From the NCBI GenBank assembly GCA_965202985.1, contig CBDBCF010000001.1, forward strand, positions 1,824,001-1,888,000: a stretch of DNA of 64,000 nt, given 5' to 3'. The notes under the pieces are model-generated. The model was not told where the DNA came from, searched no databases, and saw only the letters and a program-made list of their open reading frames with translations. This DNA is from Longimicrobiales bacterium. GTDB taxonomy: Bacteria; Gemmatimonadota; Gemmatimonadetes; Longimicrobiales; Gaopeijiaceae. A program made the translations under genes and the position numbers. This document shows, in pieces, positions 1 through 15,000 of the stretch. How positions within the stretch are numbered: position 1 is the first letter of the stretch; each line of letters opens with the position of its first letter.

Positions 1-3000
1 GGCACCCATGCGGTGTCGAACAGCTCGGGCCACAAGGTGGCGGGCGGGACGTTCACGGCGACAGCGGTCAGCGGCGTGTCGATCACGAGCAGCCCGGCCG
101 CCGACAGCACGTACGGCCTGGGCGAGCAGATCGAAGTGGAGGTGACGTTCGTGCGGCCGGTGGTTGTGACGGGGACGCCACAGGTGGCGCTGGGCATCGG
201 GACCGACACGGTGCAGGCGGACTACGCCTCCGGGACGGGCACGACGACGCTAACGTTCCGGCATGCCGTGGCGGTGGGCGACGCGGACTCCGACGGGATC
301 GGCGTCGGCGCAAGCGCGCTGACCTTGAACGGCGGGACGATCGCCGACGCCCGGGACGGGGCCACGGCGGCTGGGCTGGGGCTGAGCGCGCACGCGATCG
401 CGAACGCTGCGGCGCACAAGGTGGACGCGAGCCGGGGCGCGGCGGGGGTGACGGGCGTGTCGATCGGCGCCCCGGTGGTGGGCGACACGTTCGAGCGCGC
501 CGACACGATTGCTGCGACGGTGACGTTCAACAAGGCGGTGGACGTGGGGGGCGCGCCGCAGTTGGCGCTGACGATCGGCGCGGTCGCGCGGCAGGCGTCG
601 TACGCATCGGGGACGGGCACGGCGTCGCTGGTGTTCCGGTACGTGGTGGTGCAGGCGGACGCGGACGCGGACGGTTTGAGCATCGGGTCGAGCGCTTTGG
701 GGTTGAACGGCGGCACGATCCGGGTTGCGGGCGAGACGACGGACGCTTTGCTGGGCTTGGGCAGTCACGCGGTGAGCAACAGCGCGGGCCACAAGGTTGC
801 GGGCGGGACGTTGACGGGGCCGTCGCCGAGCGGCGTGGCGATCGCGAGCACGCCGTCGAGCGACGGCACGTACGGTCGGACGGAGCGGATCGAGGTGGAG
901 GTGACGTTCGCGCGGCCGGTGGTGGTGACGGGGACGCCGCAGCTGGCGCTGGGGATCGGTTCGCAGACGCGGCAGGCGTCGTACGCGAGCGGGAGTGGCA
1001 CGAAGGCGCTGGCGTTCCGGTACACGGTGCAGGGGACGGACCGCGACTCGACTGGGCTGAGCGTCGGCGCGAGCGCTTTGTCGCTGAACGGCGGTACGAT
1101 TGCGGACGCGCGCGACGGCGCGACGGCGGCGGCGCTGGGGCTGGGCGCTCACGCGGTGTCGAACGCGGCGGCGCACAAGGTGGACGGCAGCCTGGGCACG
1201 CCGGGGGTGATCGGCGTGTCGTTCGCGGACGATCCGTACAACTCGGAGTACGAGCGGGGCGACGCGATCGATGTCCGTGTGTTGTTCAGCAGGGCGGTGG
1301 ACGTGACGGGCGCGCCCGAGCTGGCGTTGGGGATCGGTTCGCAGACGCGGCGGGCTGCGTATGCGTCGGGCACGGGCACGGACACGCTGTTGTTCCGCTA
1401 CGTGGTGGTGCAGTCGGACCGGGACGTGGACGGGATCAGCATCGGTGCGGGCGCGCTGACGCTGAACGGCGGTACGATCCGTGCGTCGGGCACGACGCTG
1501 GACGCTGTTCTGGGGCTGGGTTCGCACGCGATTGCGAACAGTTCGAATCACCAGGTGAACGGCTCGCTGTTCACGGGTCTGGCGGTGGAGGACGTTGTTG
1601 TTCGGAGCGCGCCGGCGAGCGACAGCACGTACAAGCTGGGCGAGCGGATCGAGTTGGATGTGTTGTTCCAGCGGACAGTGGTGGTGACGGGCACGCCCGA
1701 GCTGGCGCTGGGGATCGGGAGCGCGACGCGGCAGGCGTCCTACGCGAGCGGGAGCGGCACGAAGCAGTTGCGGTTCCGCTACGCGGTGCAGGCTGCGGAC
1801 GTGGACGCGGACGGGATCAGCTTGGGCGCGAGCGCTTTGGCGCTGAACGGCGGCACGATCGTCGACGCGCGCGCGGGCGGGTCGGCTGCGGGGCTGGGCA
1901 CGTCGGCGAGCGTGTTCAGCAACGCCGCGGCGCACAAGGTGAACGGCGGCGTGGGCGCGCCGAGCGTAAGCGCGCTGTCGATCGGCGCGCCGGTGGTGGG
2001 CGACGTGTTCGAGCGGGGCGACACGATAGTTGCGACGGTGGCGTTCAACGCGGCGGTGGACGTGACGGGCACGCCGCAGCTGGCGCTTGCGATCGGGAGC
2101 GCGACGCGGCAGGCGGGCTACGCGTCGGGGACGGGCACGGCGTCGCTGGTGTTCCGGTACGTGGTGGTGCAGACGGACGCGGACGCGGACGGGTTGAGCG
2201 TCGGGGCGAGCGCGCTGGCGTTGAACGGCGGTACGGTCCGTCGGACGGGCACGGCGACGGACGCGGTTCTGGGGCTGGGCGGGCACGCGGTGGCGAACAG
2301 CGCGGGCCACAAGGTTGCGGGCGGTACGTTCACGGCGTCGTCGGTCGGCGGCGTGGCGATAGCGAGCGTGCCTGGGAGCGACAGCACGTACGTCCGCACG
2401 GAGCGGATCGAGGTCGAGGTGACGTTCGCGCGGCCGGTGACGGTGACGGGCACGCCGCGGCTGGCGCTTGCGATCGGTTCGCAGACGCGGCAGGCGGCGT
2501 ACGCGAGCGGCAGCGGCACGAAGACGCTGACGTTCCGTTACGCGGTGCAGGCTGCGGACTCCGATTCGGACGGCATCGGCGTCGGCGCGAGCGCTTTGGC
2601 GCTGAACGGCGGCGCGATCGCCGACGCGCGCGACGGCGCGACGGCGGCGGCGCTGGGGTTGGGGAGCCATGCGATCGCGAACGCTGCGGCGCACAAGGTG
2701 AACGGCGCTCGCGGACCGCCGGGCGTGAGCGGGTTGTCGATCGGCTCGCCGGTGGTGGGCGACACATTCGAGCGCGGCGACACGATAGCGGCGACGGTGA
2801 CGTTCGACGTCTCGGTGGACGTGACGGGCACGCCGCGGCTGGCGCTGGCGATCGGGACGCAGACGCGGCAGGCGTCGTACGCTTCGGGCACGGGCACGGC
2901 GTCGCTCGTGTTCCGCTACGTGGTGGCGCAGGCGGACGCGGACGCGGACGGGCTCAGCATCGCGGCGAGCGCTTTGGGGTTGAACGGCGGGACGATCGAC

Positions 3001-6000
3001 GTGGCGGGCGGCACGACGGACGCGCTGCTGGGGCTGGGCAGTCACGCGGTGAGCAACAGCGCGGGCCACAAGGTGGCGGGCGGGACGTTCACGGCGGCGT
3101 CGGTGAGCGGCGTGACGATAGCGAGCGAGCCGGCGAGCGACAGCACGTACGCGGAGACGGAGGAGATCGCGGTCGAGGTCTCGTTCAGCCGTCGTGTGAC
3201 GGTGACGGGCACGCCGCAGCTGGCGTTGGCGATCGACACGCTGACGCGGCAGGCGGACTACGCCGGCGGCACGGGCACGGCGACGCTGACGTTCGCGTAC
3301 CAGGTGGCGGCTGCGGACGTCGACTCGACGGGGCTCAGCATCGCAGCGAGCGCGCTGGGGTTGAACGGCGGCACGATTGCGGACGCTCGCGACGGCACGA
3401 CGGCGGCCAGCCTGGGCTTGGGGTCGAACGCGGTGTCGGACGCGGCGGCGCACAAGGTGGACGGCAGCCTGCCGCCGCCGGTGACGCGCGCGACGGGCGC
3501 GCCGGAGGCGACGGGCCTGGCGATCGGAGCGCCGGCGGTGGGCGACGTGTTCGAGCGTGGCGAGACGATCGAGGTCGAGCTGGCGTTCCACCGAGCGGTC
3601 GAAGTGACGGGCACGCCGCGGCTGGCGCTGACGATCGGCGCTGCGACCAGGCAGGCGAGCTACGCGGCGGGGACGGGGACGGACACGCTCGTGTTCCGCT
3701 ACGTGGTGGCGGCGGGCGACGCGGACGCGGACGGCATCGGCATCGCGGCGAGCGCATTGGCGCTGAACGGCGGGACGATCAGGGCGTCGGGCGAGGCGCT
3801 GGACGCTTTGCTGGACCTGGGCGCGTTCGCGGTCGCGAACAGCGCGGGCCACAAGGTGGCGGGCGGCACGTTCACGACGCCGGCGGTGAGCGGTGTGACG
3901 ATATCGAGCGCGCCGGCGAGCGACAGCACGTACCAGCTGGGCGAGCGGATCGAGGTGAAGGTGGCGTTCGGGCGGCCGGTCGCGGTGACGGGCGCGCCCG
4001 AGCTGGCGCTCGCGATCGGCGCGCAGACGCGGCAGGCGAGCTGGGCGTCGGCGTCGAGCACGGCGGACACGCTGGTGTTCGGCTACGCGGTCCGTCCGGC
4101 GGACGCGGACGCGGACGGCATCGGCATCGCGGCGAGCGCGCTGGCGCTGAACGGCGGTACGATTGCCGACGTGCGTGCGGGCGCGACGGCGGCGAGCCTG
4201 GGACTGGGGTCGAACGCGATCGTCAACGCGGCGGCGCACAAGGTGGACGGCAGCCTGGGGCCGCCGGGCGCGACGCACTTGTCGGTCACGGCGCCGCTGT
4301 CGGCGCAGACCTTCGAGCGGGGCGACACGATCTTCGCGAGCGTGCGGTTCAACAAGGCGGTGGACGTGACGGGCACGCCCGAGCTGGCGCTTGCGATCGG
4401 GAGCGCGACGCGGCAGGCGTCGTACGCGAGCGGCACGGGCGCGACGGAGCTGGAGTTCCGCTACGTGGTGGTGCAGTCGGACGCGGACGCGGACGGGCTC
4501 AGCATCGCAGCGAACGCGCTGACGCTGAACGGCGGCACGATCGACGTGGCGGGCGGCACGACGGACGCGTTGCTGAGCCTCGAGCACGTAGCGATCAGCA
4601 ACGCTGCCGGCTTCCGCGTCGCGGGCGGCACGTTCACGGCGCCGGCGGTGACGTGGGCGGGGATCTCGAGCAGCCCGTCGGACGGGAGCACGTACGAGCT
4701 GGGCGAGCAGATCGGCGTGACGGTGACGTTCAACCGCAACGTGACGGTGACGGGCGCGCCCGAGCTGGCGCTCGCGATCGGCGCGCAGACGCGGCAGGCG
4801 GCGTACGTCGCGGCGGCGTCGGGCAACCGCGAGCTCGAGTTCCGCTACGCGGTGGCGGCGGGCGACGCCGACGCCGACGGCATCAGCGTCGGCGCGAGCG
4901 CGCTGACGCTGAACGGCGGCACGATCGTGGACCCCCGCGACGGCACGACGGCGGCGAACCTCGGGCTGGGCGCGAGCGCGATCGCGAACAGCGCGGGCCA
5001 TGCGGTGGACGGCAGTCGCGGACCGCCGGGCGCGAGCGGGGTGTCGATTGCGGCGCCGCCGACGGGCGACACCTTCGAGCGCGGCGACACGATTGCGGCG
5101 ACGGTCGTGTTCAACAAGGCGGTGGACGCGACGGGCACGCCCGAGCTGGCGCTGACAATCGGCGCGCAGACGCGGCAGGCGTCGTACGCGAGCGGCACGG
5201 GCACGATGTCGCTGGTGTTCCGCTACGTCGTGGCGACTGCGGACGCCGACGCCGACGGGCTGAGCATCGCGGCGGGCGCGCTGGCGCTGAACGGCGGCAC
5301 GATCGACGTGGCGGGCGGCACGACCGACGCGGTGCTGGGGCTGGGCCGCCACGCGATCGCGAACAGCGCGGGCCACAAGGTGTCGGGCTCGACGTTCACG
5401 GCGTCGGCCGTGAGCGGCGTGACGATATCGAGCAGTCCGTCGAGCGGCGACACCTACGGCCTGGGCGAGCGGATCGAGGTCGAGGTGGCGTTCGTTCGCG
5501 CGGTCGGCGCGACGGGCACGCCGCGGCTGGCGCTCGGCGTCGGGGCCGACACGGTGCACGCGGACTACGCCTCCGGCACGGGCACGAAGACGCTGACGTT
5601 CCGCTACGCCGTCGCAGCGTCCGACGCCGACAGCGACGGCATCAGCATCGGCGCGAGCGCGCTGGCGCTGAACGGCGGCACGATCGTCGACGCGCGCGAC
5701 GGCGCGACCGCGGCGAGCCTGGGCCTGGGCTCCAACGCGATCGCGAACGCTGCGGCGCACAAGGTGGACGGCGCGCAGGGACCGGCGGGGGTGATCGCGC
5801 TGACGATCGCTTCGCCCGTGGTGGGCGACACGTTCGAGCGCGGCGACACGGTGGTCGCGACGGTGACGTTCAACAAGGCGGTGGACGCGACGGGCGCGCC
5901 GCAGCTCGCGCTGACGATCGGGACGCAGACGCGGCAGGCGGCGTATGCGCGCGGCACGGGCACGGCGTCGCTGGTGTTCCAGTACGTCGTGGCGACTGCG

Positions 6001-9000
6001 GACGCGGACGCCGACGGCATCAGCATCGCGGCGGGCGCGCTGTCGCTGAACGGCGGCACGATCGACGTGGCGGGCGGCACGACCGACGCGCTGCTGGGGC
6101 TGGGCGCGCACGCCGTGACGAACAGCGCGGGCCACAAGGTCGCGGGCGGCACGTTCACGGCGGCGGCGGCGAGCGGGGTCGCGATTGCGAGCGCGCCGGC
6201 CAGCGACAGCACCTACGGGCGGACGGAGCGGATCGAGGTCGAAGTGACGTTCGACCGCAACGTCACGGTGACGGGCGCGCCGCAGCTGGCGCTGACGGTC
6301 GGGACGCAGACGCGGCAGGCGGCGTACGCGAGCGGCACGGGCACGAAGACGCTGGCGTTCCGCTACACGGTGCAGGCTGCGGACAGCGACTCGACGGGCA
6401 TCGGCATCGCGGCGAGCGCGCTGGCGCTGAACGGCGGCGCGATCGCCGACGCGCGCGACGGCGCCACCGCGGCGACGCTGGGGCTGGGTTCGAACGCGAT
6501 ATCGAACGCTGCGGCGCACAAGGTGGACGGCAGCCGCGGACCGCCGGGCGTGACGGCGCTGTCGATCGGCTCTCCGACGGTGGGCGACACCTTCGAGCGC
6601 GGCGAGACGATCGAGGTCGCGCTGGCGTTCAACCGCGCGGTGGACGTGACGGGCGCGCCGCGGCTGGCGCTGGGAATCGGGAGCGCGACCAGGCAGGCGA
6701 GCTACGCCGCGGGGACGGGCACGGACACGCTGACGTTCCGCTACGTGGTGGCGGCGGGCGACGCCGACGCCGACGGCATCAGCATCGGCGCCGGCGCATT
6801 GGCGCTGAGCGGCGGCACGATCAAGGTCGCGGGCGGCACGCTGGACGCGACTTTGGGGTTGGGCGCGGGCGTGGCGGTGAGCAACAGCGGCAGCCACAAG
6901 GTCGCGGGCGGCACGTTCACGACGCCGGCCGTGAGCGCGGTGACGATATCGAGCACGCCGGCGAGTGGTCAGACGTACCAGCTGGGCGAGCAGATCGAGG
7001 TGAAGGTCGCGTTCGGCCGTCCTGTGGCGGTGACGGGTTCGCCGCGCTTGGCGCTGACGATCGGCACGACGACTAGGCAGGCGGGCTACGTGGCCGCTTC
7101 GAGCAAGGCGGACACGCTGGCGTTCGGCTACGCGGTCCGTCCCGCGGACGCGGACGCGGACGGGCTCAGCATCGCAGCGAGCGCGCTCGCGCTGAACGGC
7201 GGCTCGATCGCCGACGCGCGGCCGGGCGCGGTTGCGGCTGCGCTGGGCCTGGGGTCGCACGCGGTGTCGAACGCGGCGTCGCACAAGGTGAACGGCAGCC
7301 TGGGACCGCCGGGCGTCGTGGGGTTGACCGTGGCTGCGCCCGTGGTGGGCACGACGTTCGAGCGCGGCGACACGATCGTGGCGACGGTGACGTTCAACAA
7401 GGCGGTGGACGCGACGGGCGCGCCGCAGCTGGCGCTCGCCATCGGGAACGCGACGCGGCAGGCGAACTACGCGAGCGGCACGGGCACGACGGCGCTGGTG
7501 TTCCGGTACGTGGTGGCGGCTGCGGACGCCGATGCCGACGGGTTGAGCATCGGCGCGAGCGCGCTGGCGCTGAACGGCGGGACGATCGACGTGGCGGGCG
7601 GCACGACGGACGCCTTGCTGAGCCTGGAACACCACGCGCTCGGCAACGACGGCGCGCGCCGTGTCGCGGGCGGGACGTTCACGGCGGCGTCGGCGAGCGG
7701 CGTGGCGATATCGAGCAGCCCGGCGAGCGACAGCACGTACGGCCGGACGGAGCGGATCGAGGTCGAGGTGACGTTCGACCGCAACGTGGCGGTGACGGGC
7801 GCGCCGCAGCTGGCGCTGGCGATCGGCTCGCAGACGCGCCAGGCGGCCTACGCGAGCGGCAGCGGCACGACGACGCTGACGTTCGGCTACGCGGTGGCGG
7901 CTGCGGACGCGGACGCGAACGGCATCGGCATCGGCGCGAGCGCATTGGCGCTGAACGGCGGCACGATTGTGGACGCTCGCGACGCGAGCGAGGCGGCGGG
8001 GCTGGGCTTGGGCTCGAACGCGATCGCGAACGCTGCGGCGCACAAGGTGGACGGCAACCGGGGCCCGCCGGGGGTGACGGGCTTGACGGTCGCGTCGCCG
8101 CCGACGGGCGACACGTTCGAGCGCGGCGACGCGATTGAAGCGACGGTGACGTTCAACCGCGCGGTGGACGTGGGGGGTACGCCGCAGCTGGGGCTGGGGA
8201 TCGGTTCGCAGACCCGTCAGGCGAGCTACGCGAGCGGGAGCGGCACGACGTCCTTGGTGTTCCGCTACACGGTGGTGCAGGCGGACGCGGACGCGGACGG
8301 CATCAGCATCGGGACGAGCGCGCTGGGGCTGAACAGCGGCACGATCCGGCTGTCGGGCGGCACGCTGGACGCGACATTGGGGCTGGGCACGCACGCGATA
8401 TCGAACAGCACGGGGCACAAGGTTGCGGGCGGCACGTTCACGGCGGCGGCGGTGAGCGGGGTGGCGATAACGAGCAGTCCGTCGAGCGGGGTCGCCTACG
8501 GCTTGGGCGAGGAGATCGAGGTCGAGGTGTCGTTCGTGCGTGCGGTGAACGCGACGGGCACGCCGCAGCTGGCGCTGACGGTGGGGACCCGGACGCGGCA
8601 GGCTGACTACGCGAGCGGGACGGGCACGAAGACGCTGACGTTCGGCTACATGGTGGTGGCTGCGGACGCGGACAGCGACGGCATCGGCATCGCGGCTAGC
8701 GCGCTGGCGCTGAACGGCGGCACGATCGCCGACGCTCGGGACGGTTCGACGGCGGCCAGCCTGGGCTTGGGATCGAGCGCGATCGCGAACGCGGCTGCGC
8801 ACAAGGTGGACGGCGCACAGGGTCCGCCGGGCGTGACGGGGTTGACGATCAGCTCGCCTCAGGTGGGCGACACGTTCGAGCGCGGCGAGACGATCGAGGT
8901 CAAGGTGGTGTTCAACAAGGCGGTGGCGGTGACGGGCACGCCGCAGCTGGCGCTGGGGATCGGGAGCGCGACGAAGCAGGCGAGCTACGCCGCGGGCACG

Positions 9001-12000
9001 GGCACGGACACGCTGGTGTTCCGCTACGTGGTGGTCGCTGCGGACGCGGACGCGGACGGCATCAGCATCGCAGCGGGCGCTTTGGCGCTGAACGGCGGCA
9101 CGATCGACGTGTCGGGCGGGACGACGGACGCCGTGCTGGGGCTGGGCGCGAGCGCGGTTGCGAACAGCACGGGCCACAAGGTGGCGGGCGGCACGTTCAC
9201 GGCGTCTGCGGCGAGCGGCGTGGCGATCACGAGCACTCCGCCGAGCGACAGCACGTACGGCCGAACGGAGCGGATCGAGGTCGAGGTGTCGTTCACGCGC
9301 CCGGTGACGGTGACGGGCGCGCCGCGGCTGGCGCTGACGATCGGCATGCAGACGCGGCAGGCGGCGTACGCGAGCGGGAGCGGCACGACGACGCTGGCGT
9401 TCGGCTACACGGTGCAGGCGGCGGACGCGGACAGCGACGGGTTGAGCGTCGGCGCGAGCGCGTTGGCGCTGAACGGCGGGACAATCGCCGACGCTCGGGA
9501 CGGCACGACGGCGGCAAGCCTGGGGCTGGGTTCGAACGCGATATCGAACGCTGCGGCGCACAAGGTGGACGGCAGCCGCGGACCGCCGGGCGTGACGGCG
9601 CTGTCGATCGGCTCTCCGACGGTGGGCGACACCTTCGAGCGCGGCGAGACGATCGAGGTCGCGCTGGTGTTCAACCGGTCGGTGGACGTGACGGGCACGC
9701 CGCGGCTGGCGCTCGTGATCGGGAGCGCGACGCGGCAGGCGAGCTGGGCGAGCGGGAGCGGCACGGACACGCTGGTGTTCCGTTACGTGGTGGCGTCGGG
9801 CGACGCGGACTCCGACGGCATCGGCATCGGCGCGAGCGCTTTGGCGCTGAACGGCGGCACGATCCGGGTCGCGGGCGGGACGCTGGACGCGACGCTGGGG
9901 CTGGGTACGAGCGCGGTGACGAACAGCGGGGGCCACAAGGTTGCGGGCGGCACGTTCACGACGCCGGCGCCGAGCGGCGTGACGGTGTCGAGCACGCCGG
10001 CGAGCGCGAGCACGTACCAGCTGGGCGAGTCGATCGAGGTGAAGGTGGCGTTTGGGCGACCGGTGACGGTGACGGGCTCGCCGCGTCTGGCGCTGACGAT
10101 CGGCACGCAGACGCGGCAGGCGAGCTACGACGCGTCGTCGAGCAAGGCGGACACGCTGGTGTTCGGCTACGCGGTCCGTCCCGCGGACGCGGACGCGGAC
10201 GGGCTCAGCATCGCAGCGAGCGCGCTGACGCTGAACGGCGGAACGATCGCCGACGTGCGGCCGGGCGCTGCGGCTGCTGCGCTGGACCTGGGGTCGAACG
10301 CGGTGACGAACGCGGCGTCCCACAAGGTGAACGGCAGCTTGGGGCCGCCGGGCGTCGTGGGGTTGACCGTGGCTGCACCGCCGGTGGGCGCCACGTTCGA
10401 GCGCGGCGACACGGTGGCGGCGACGGTGACGTTCAACAAGGCGGTGGACGTGACGGGCACGCCGCAGCTGGCGCTGGGGATCGGTTCGACGACGAGGCAG
10501 GCGGCGTACGCTTCGGGCACGGGCACGACGGCGCTGGTGTTCCGGTACGTGGTGGTGCAGGCGGACGCGGACGCCGACGGGTTGAGCATCGGCGCCAGCG
10601 CGCTGGCGCTGAACGGCGGCACGATCGACGTGGCGGGCGGCACGACGGACGCCTTGCTGAGCCTGGCGCACCATGCGATCGGCAACGCCGGCGGACGCCG
10701 CGTCGCCGGCGGAACGTTCACGGCGGCGGCGGCGAGCGGCGTGGCGATTACGAGCAGCCCGGCGAGCGACAGCACGTACGGTCGGACGGAGCAGATCGAG
10801 GTCGAGGTGACGTTCGACCGGCGCGTGGCGGTGACGGGCACGCCGCAGCTGGCGCTGGGGATCGGCTCGCAGACGCGACAGGCGGCCTACGCGAGCGGCA
10901 GCGGCACGACGACGCTGACGTTCGGCTACGCGGTGGCGGCTGCGGACGCGGACGCGAACGGCATCAGCATCGGCGCGAGCGCATTGGCGCTGAACGGCGG
11001 CACGATCTCCGACGCTCGCGACGCGAGCGAGGCGGCGGGGCTGGGCTTGGGCTCGAACGCGATCGCGAACGCGGCGGCGCACAAGGTGGACGGCAACCAG
11101 GGACCGCCGGGCGTGACGGGCTTGGTCGTGGCGTCCCCGCCCGTGGGCGACACGTTCGAGCGGGGCGACGTGATTGCGGCAACGGCGACGTTCAACCGCG
11201 CGGTGGACGTGACGGGCACGCCGCAGCTGGCTTTGGGGATCGGTACGCAGACGCGGCAGGCGAGCTACGCGAGCGGCAGCGGCACGACGGCGCTGGTGTT
11301 CCGGTACACGGTGGTGCAGGCGGACGCGGACGCGGACGGCATCAGCATCGGGACGAGCGCGCTGGGGTTGAACAGCGGCACGATCCGGCTGTCGGGCGGC
11401 ACGCTGGACGCGACTTTGGGGCTGGGCACGCACGCGATATCGAACAGCACGGGCCACAAGGTGGCGGGCGGCACGTTCACGGCGGCGTCGGTGAGCGGCG
11501 TGACGATCACGAGCAGTCCGTCGAGCGGGGACACGTACGGGCTGGGCGAGGAGATCGAGGTCGAGGCGACGTTCGTGCGGCCGGTGAACGTGACGGGCGC
11601 GCCGCAGCTGGCGCTGACGGTGGGGGCTGCGACGCGGCAGGCGGAGTACGCGAGCGGGGGCGGCACGAAGACGCTGACGTTCGGGTACGAGGTGGTGGCG
11701 GGGGACGCGGACGCGAACGGCATCGGCATTGGCGCGAGCGCGTTGGCGTTGAACAGCGGCACGATCGCCGACGCTCGTGACGGTTCGACGGCTGCGAGCC
11801 TGGGCTTGGGATCGAACACGGTGTCGAACGCGGCTGCGCACAAGGTGGACGGCAGTCTGGGACCGCCGGGCGTGACGGGGTTGTCGATCGGTGCGCCTCA
11901 GGTGGGCGACACGTTCGAGCGCGGCGAGACGATCGAGGTCGAGGTGGTGTTCAACAAGTCGGTGGCGGTGACGGGGACGCCGCAGCTGCAGCTGCGGTTC

Positions 12001-15000
12001 TCGAGCGGCTCGAAGCAGGCGGACTACGCGAGCGGGACGGGGACGGACACGCTGGTGTTCCGGTACGTGGTGGCGGCTGCGGACGCGGATGCGGACGGGT
12101 TGGGCATCGGCGCGTCCGATTTGCGGCTGAACGGTGGTACGATCCGTCGGTCGGGCGCGGCGACGGACGCGGTGCTGGGGCTGGGCAGCCACGCGGTGAT
12201 CCGCAGCACGGGCCACAAGGTGGCGGGCGGCACGTTCACGGCTGCTGCGGCGAGCGGCGTGGCGATCACGAGCGCGCCGTCGAGCGACAGCACGTACGGA
12301 CGTACGGAGGTGATCGAGGTCGAGGTTGGGTTCACGCGTCCGGTGACGGTGACGGGCGTGCCGCAGTTGGCGCTGACGATCGGGTCGCAGACGCGGCAGG
12401 CGTCGTACGCGAGCGGGAGCGGCACGACGGCGCTGACGTTCCAGTACACGGTGCAGGCGTCGGACGCGGACTCGACGGGGATCGGCATCGCGGCGAGCGC
12501 GTTGGCGCTGAACGGCGGAACGATCGCCGACGCTCGGGGCGGCACGACGGCGGCGGGCCTGGGTCTGGGGTCGAACGCGATATCGAACGCGGCTGCGCAC
12601 AAGGTGGACGGCAGCCGCGGACCGCCGGGCGTGACGTCGCTGACGATCGGCTCTCCGACGGTTGGCGACGTGTTCGAGCGTGGCGAGACGATCGAGGTCG
12701 AGCTGGTGTTCAACCGCGCGGTGGACGTGACGGGCGCGCCGCGGCTGGCGCTGACGATCGGGAGCGCGACCAGGCAGGCGATCTACGCGAGCGGGAGCGG
12801 CACGGACACGCTGGTGTTCCGTTACGTGGTGGCGGCGGGCGACGCGGACTCCGACGGCATCGGCATCGCGGCGAGCGCGTTGGCGCTGAGCGGCGGCACG
12901 ATCAAGGTCGCGGGCGGGACGCTGGACGCGACGCTGGGGCTGGGTACGAGCGCGGTGACGAACAGCGCGGGCCACAAGGTTGCGGGCGGCACGTTCACGA
13001 CGCCGGCTGTGAGCGCGGTGACGATATCGAGCGCTCCGGCGAGCGCGAGCACGTACCAGCTGGGCGAGTCGATCGAGGTGAAGGTGGCGTTCAACCGTCC
13101 GGTGGCGGTGACGGGCGCGCCGCGCTTGGCGCTGACGATCGGGACCACGACGCGACAGGCCGGCTACGATGCCGCTTCGAGCAAGGCGGACACGCTGGTG
13201 TTCGGGTACGCGATCCGTCCTGCGGACGCGGACGCGGACGGCATCGGCATCGGCGCGAGCGCGCTCGCGCTGAACAGCGGGACGATCGCCGACGTGCGTC
13301 CGGGCGCTGCTGCTGCTGCGCTGGACTTGAGCGCGAACGCGGTGACGAACGCGGCGTCGCACAAGGTGAACGGCAGCCTGGGTCCGCCGGGCGTGGTGGG
13401 GTTGACGGTGGCTGCGCCGCTGGTGGGCGACACGTTCGAGCGGGGCGACACGGTGGTTGCGACGGTGACGTTCAACAAGGCGGTGGACGTGACGGGCACG
13501 CCGCAGCTGGCGCTGGCGATCGGTTCAACGACGAGGCAGGCGGCGTACGCATCGGGCACGGGCACGACGGCGCTGGTGTTCCGGTACGTGGTGGTGCAGG
13601 CGGACGCGGACGCCGACGGGTTGAGCGTCGGCGCGAGCGCTTTGGCGTTGAACGGCGGGACGATCGATGTGGCGGGCGGAACGACCGACGCGCTGCTGAG
13701 CCTGGAGCACTATGCGATCAGCAACGACGGCGCGCGCCGAGTGGCGGGCGGGACGTTCACGGCGTCGTCGGTGAGCGCGGTGTCGATCACGAGCAGCCCG
13801 GCGGGCGGGAGCACGTACGGGTTGAGCGAGGAGATCGGTGTCGATGTGACGTTCAACCGGAACGTGGCGGTGACGGGCGCGCCCGAGCTGGCGCTGACGA
13901 TCGGTTCGCAGACGCGGCAGGCGTCGTACGTCTCGACGACGGGCGGCCGCGTGCTGTCGTTCTCCTACACGGTTGTGGCTGGCGACGCGGACGGGAACGG
14001 GTTGAGCATCGGCGCGAGCGCTTTGGGGCTGAACGGCGGAACGATCGTGGACGCGCGGGACGGCGCGACGGCTGCGAGCCTGGGACTGGGCGGCCACGCG
14101 ATATCGAACGCGGGCGGCCATCGGGTGGACGGCGCTCAGGGACCGCCGGGCGTGAGCGGCGTGTCGATCGCGTCGCCGCCGATCGGCGACACGTTCGAGC
14201 GAGGCGACACGGTGGTTGCGACGGTCGTGTTCAACAAGGCGGTGGACGTGACGGGCACGCCGCAGCTGGCGTTGACGATCGGCAGCACGACGAAGCAGGC
14301 GGGCTACGCTTCGGGCACGGGCACGGCGTCGCTGGTGTTCCGGTACGTGGTGGTGACTGCGGACGCGGACGCGGACGGCATCAGCATCGGCGCGACCGCG
14401 CTGGCGCTGAACGGCGGGACGATCGACGTGGCGGGCGGCACGGTGGACGCGGTTCTGGGGCTGGGCGCGCACACGGTGACGAACAGCGCGGGCCACAAGG
14501 TTGCGGGCGGGACGTTCACGGCGGCGTCGGTGTCTGGCGTGGCGCTGACGAGTTCGCCTGCGGTGGCGACGACGTACGGCCGCGACGAGCAGATCGAGGT
14601 TCAGGTGACGTTCAACCGTCGCGTGGCGGTGACGGGCACGCCTCGGGTGGCGCTGACGGTGGGCGCGCAGACGCGGCAGGCGGACTACGCGAGCGGGACG
14701 GGCACGCGGGCGCTGACGTTCCGCTACACGGTGGTGGCTGCGGACGCGGACACCGACGGCATCGAGGTCGGCGCGAGCGCGCTGGCGCTGAACAGCGGGG
14801 CGATCGCGGATGCTCGCGACGGCTCGACTGCGGCGGCGTTGGGGCTGGGCAGCCATGCGTTGAGCGTTGCTGCGGGCCACAAGGTGGACGGCACGTTGGC
14901 GGGCGCGTCGGTGACGGGCGTTGCGGTGTCGAGCGCGCCGGAGAGCGGCGACACGTACGGCCTGGGCGAGCGGATCGAGGTCGAGGTGACGTTCGACCGT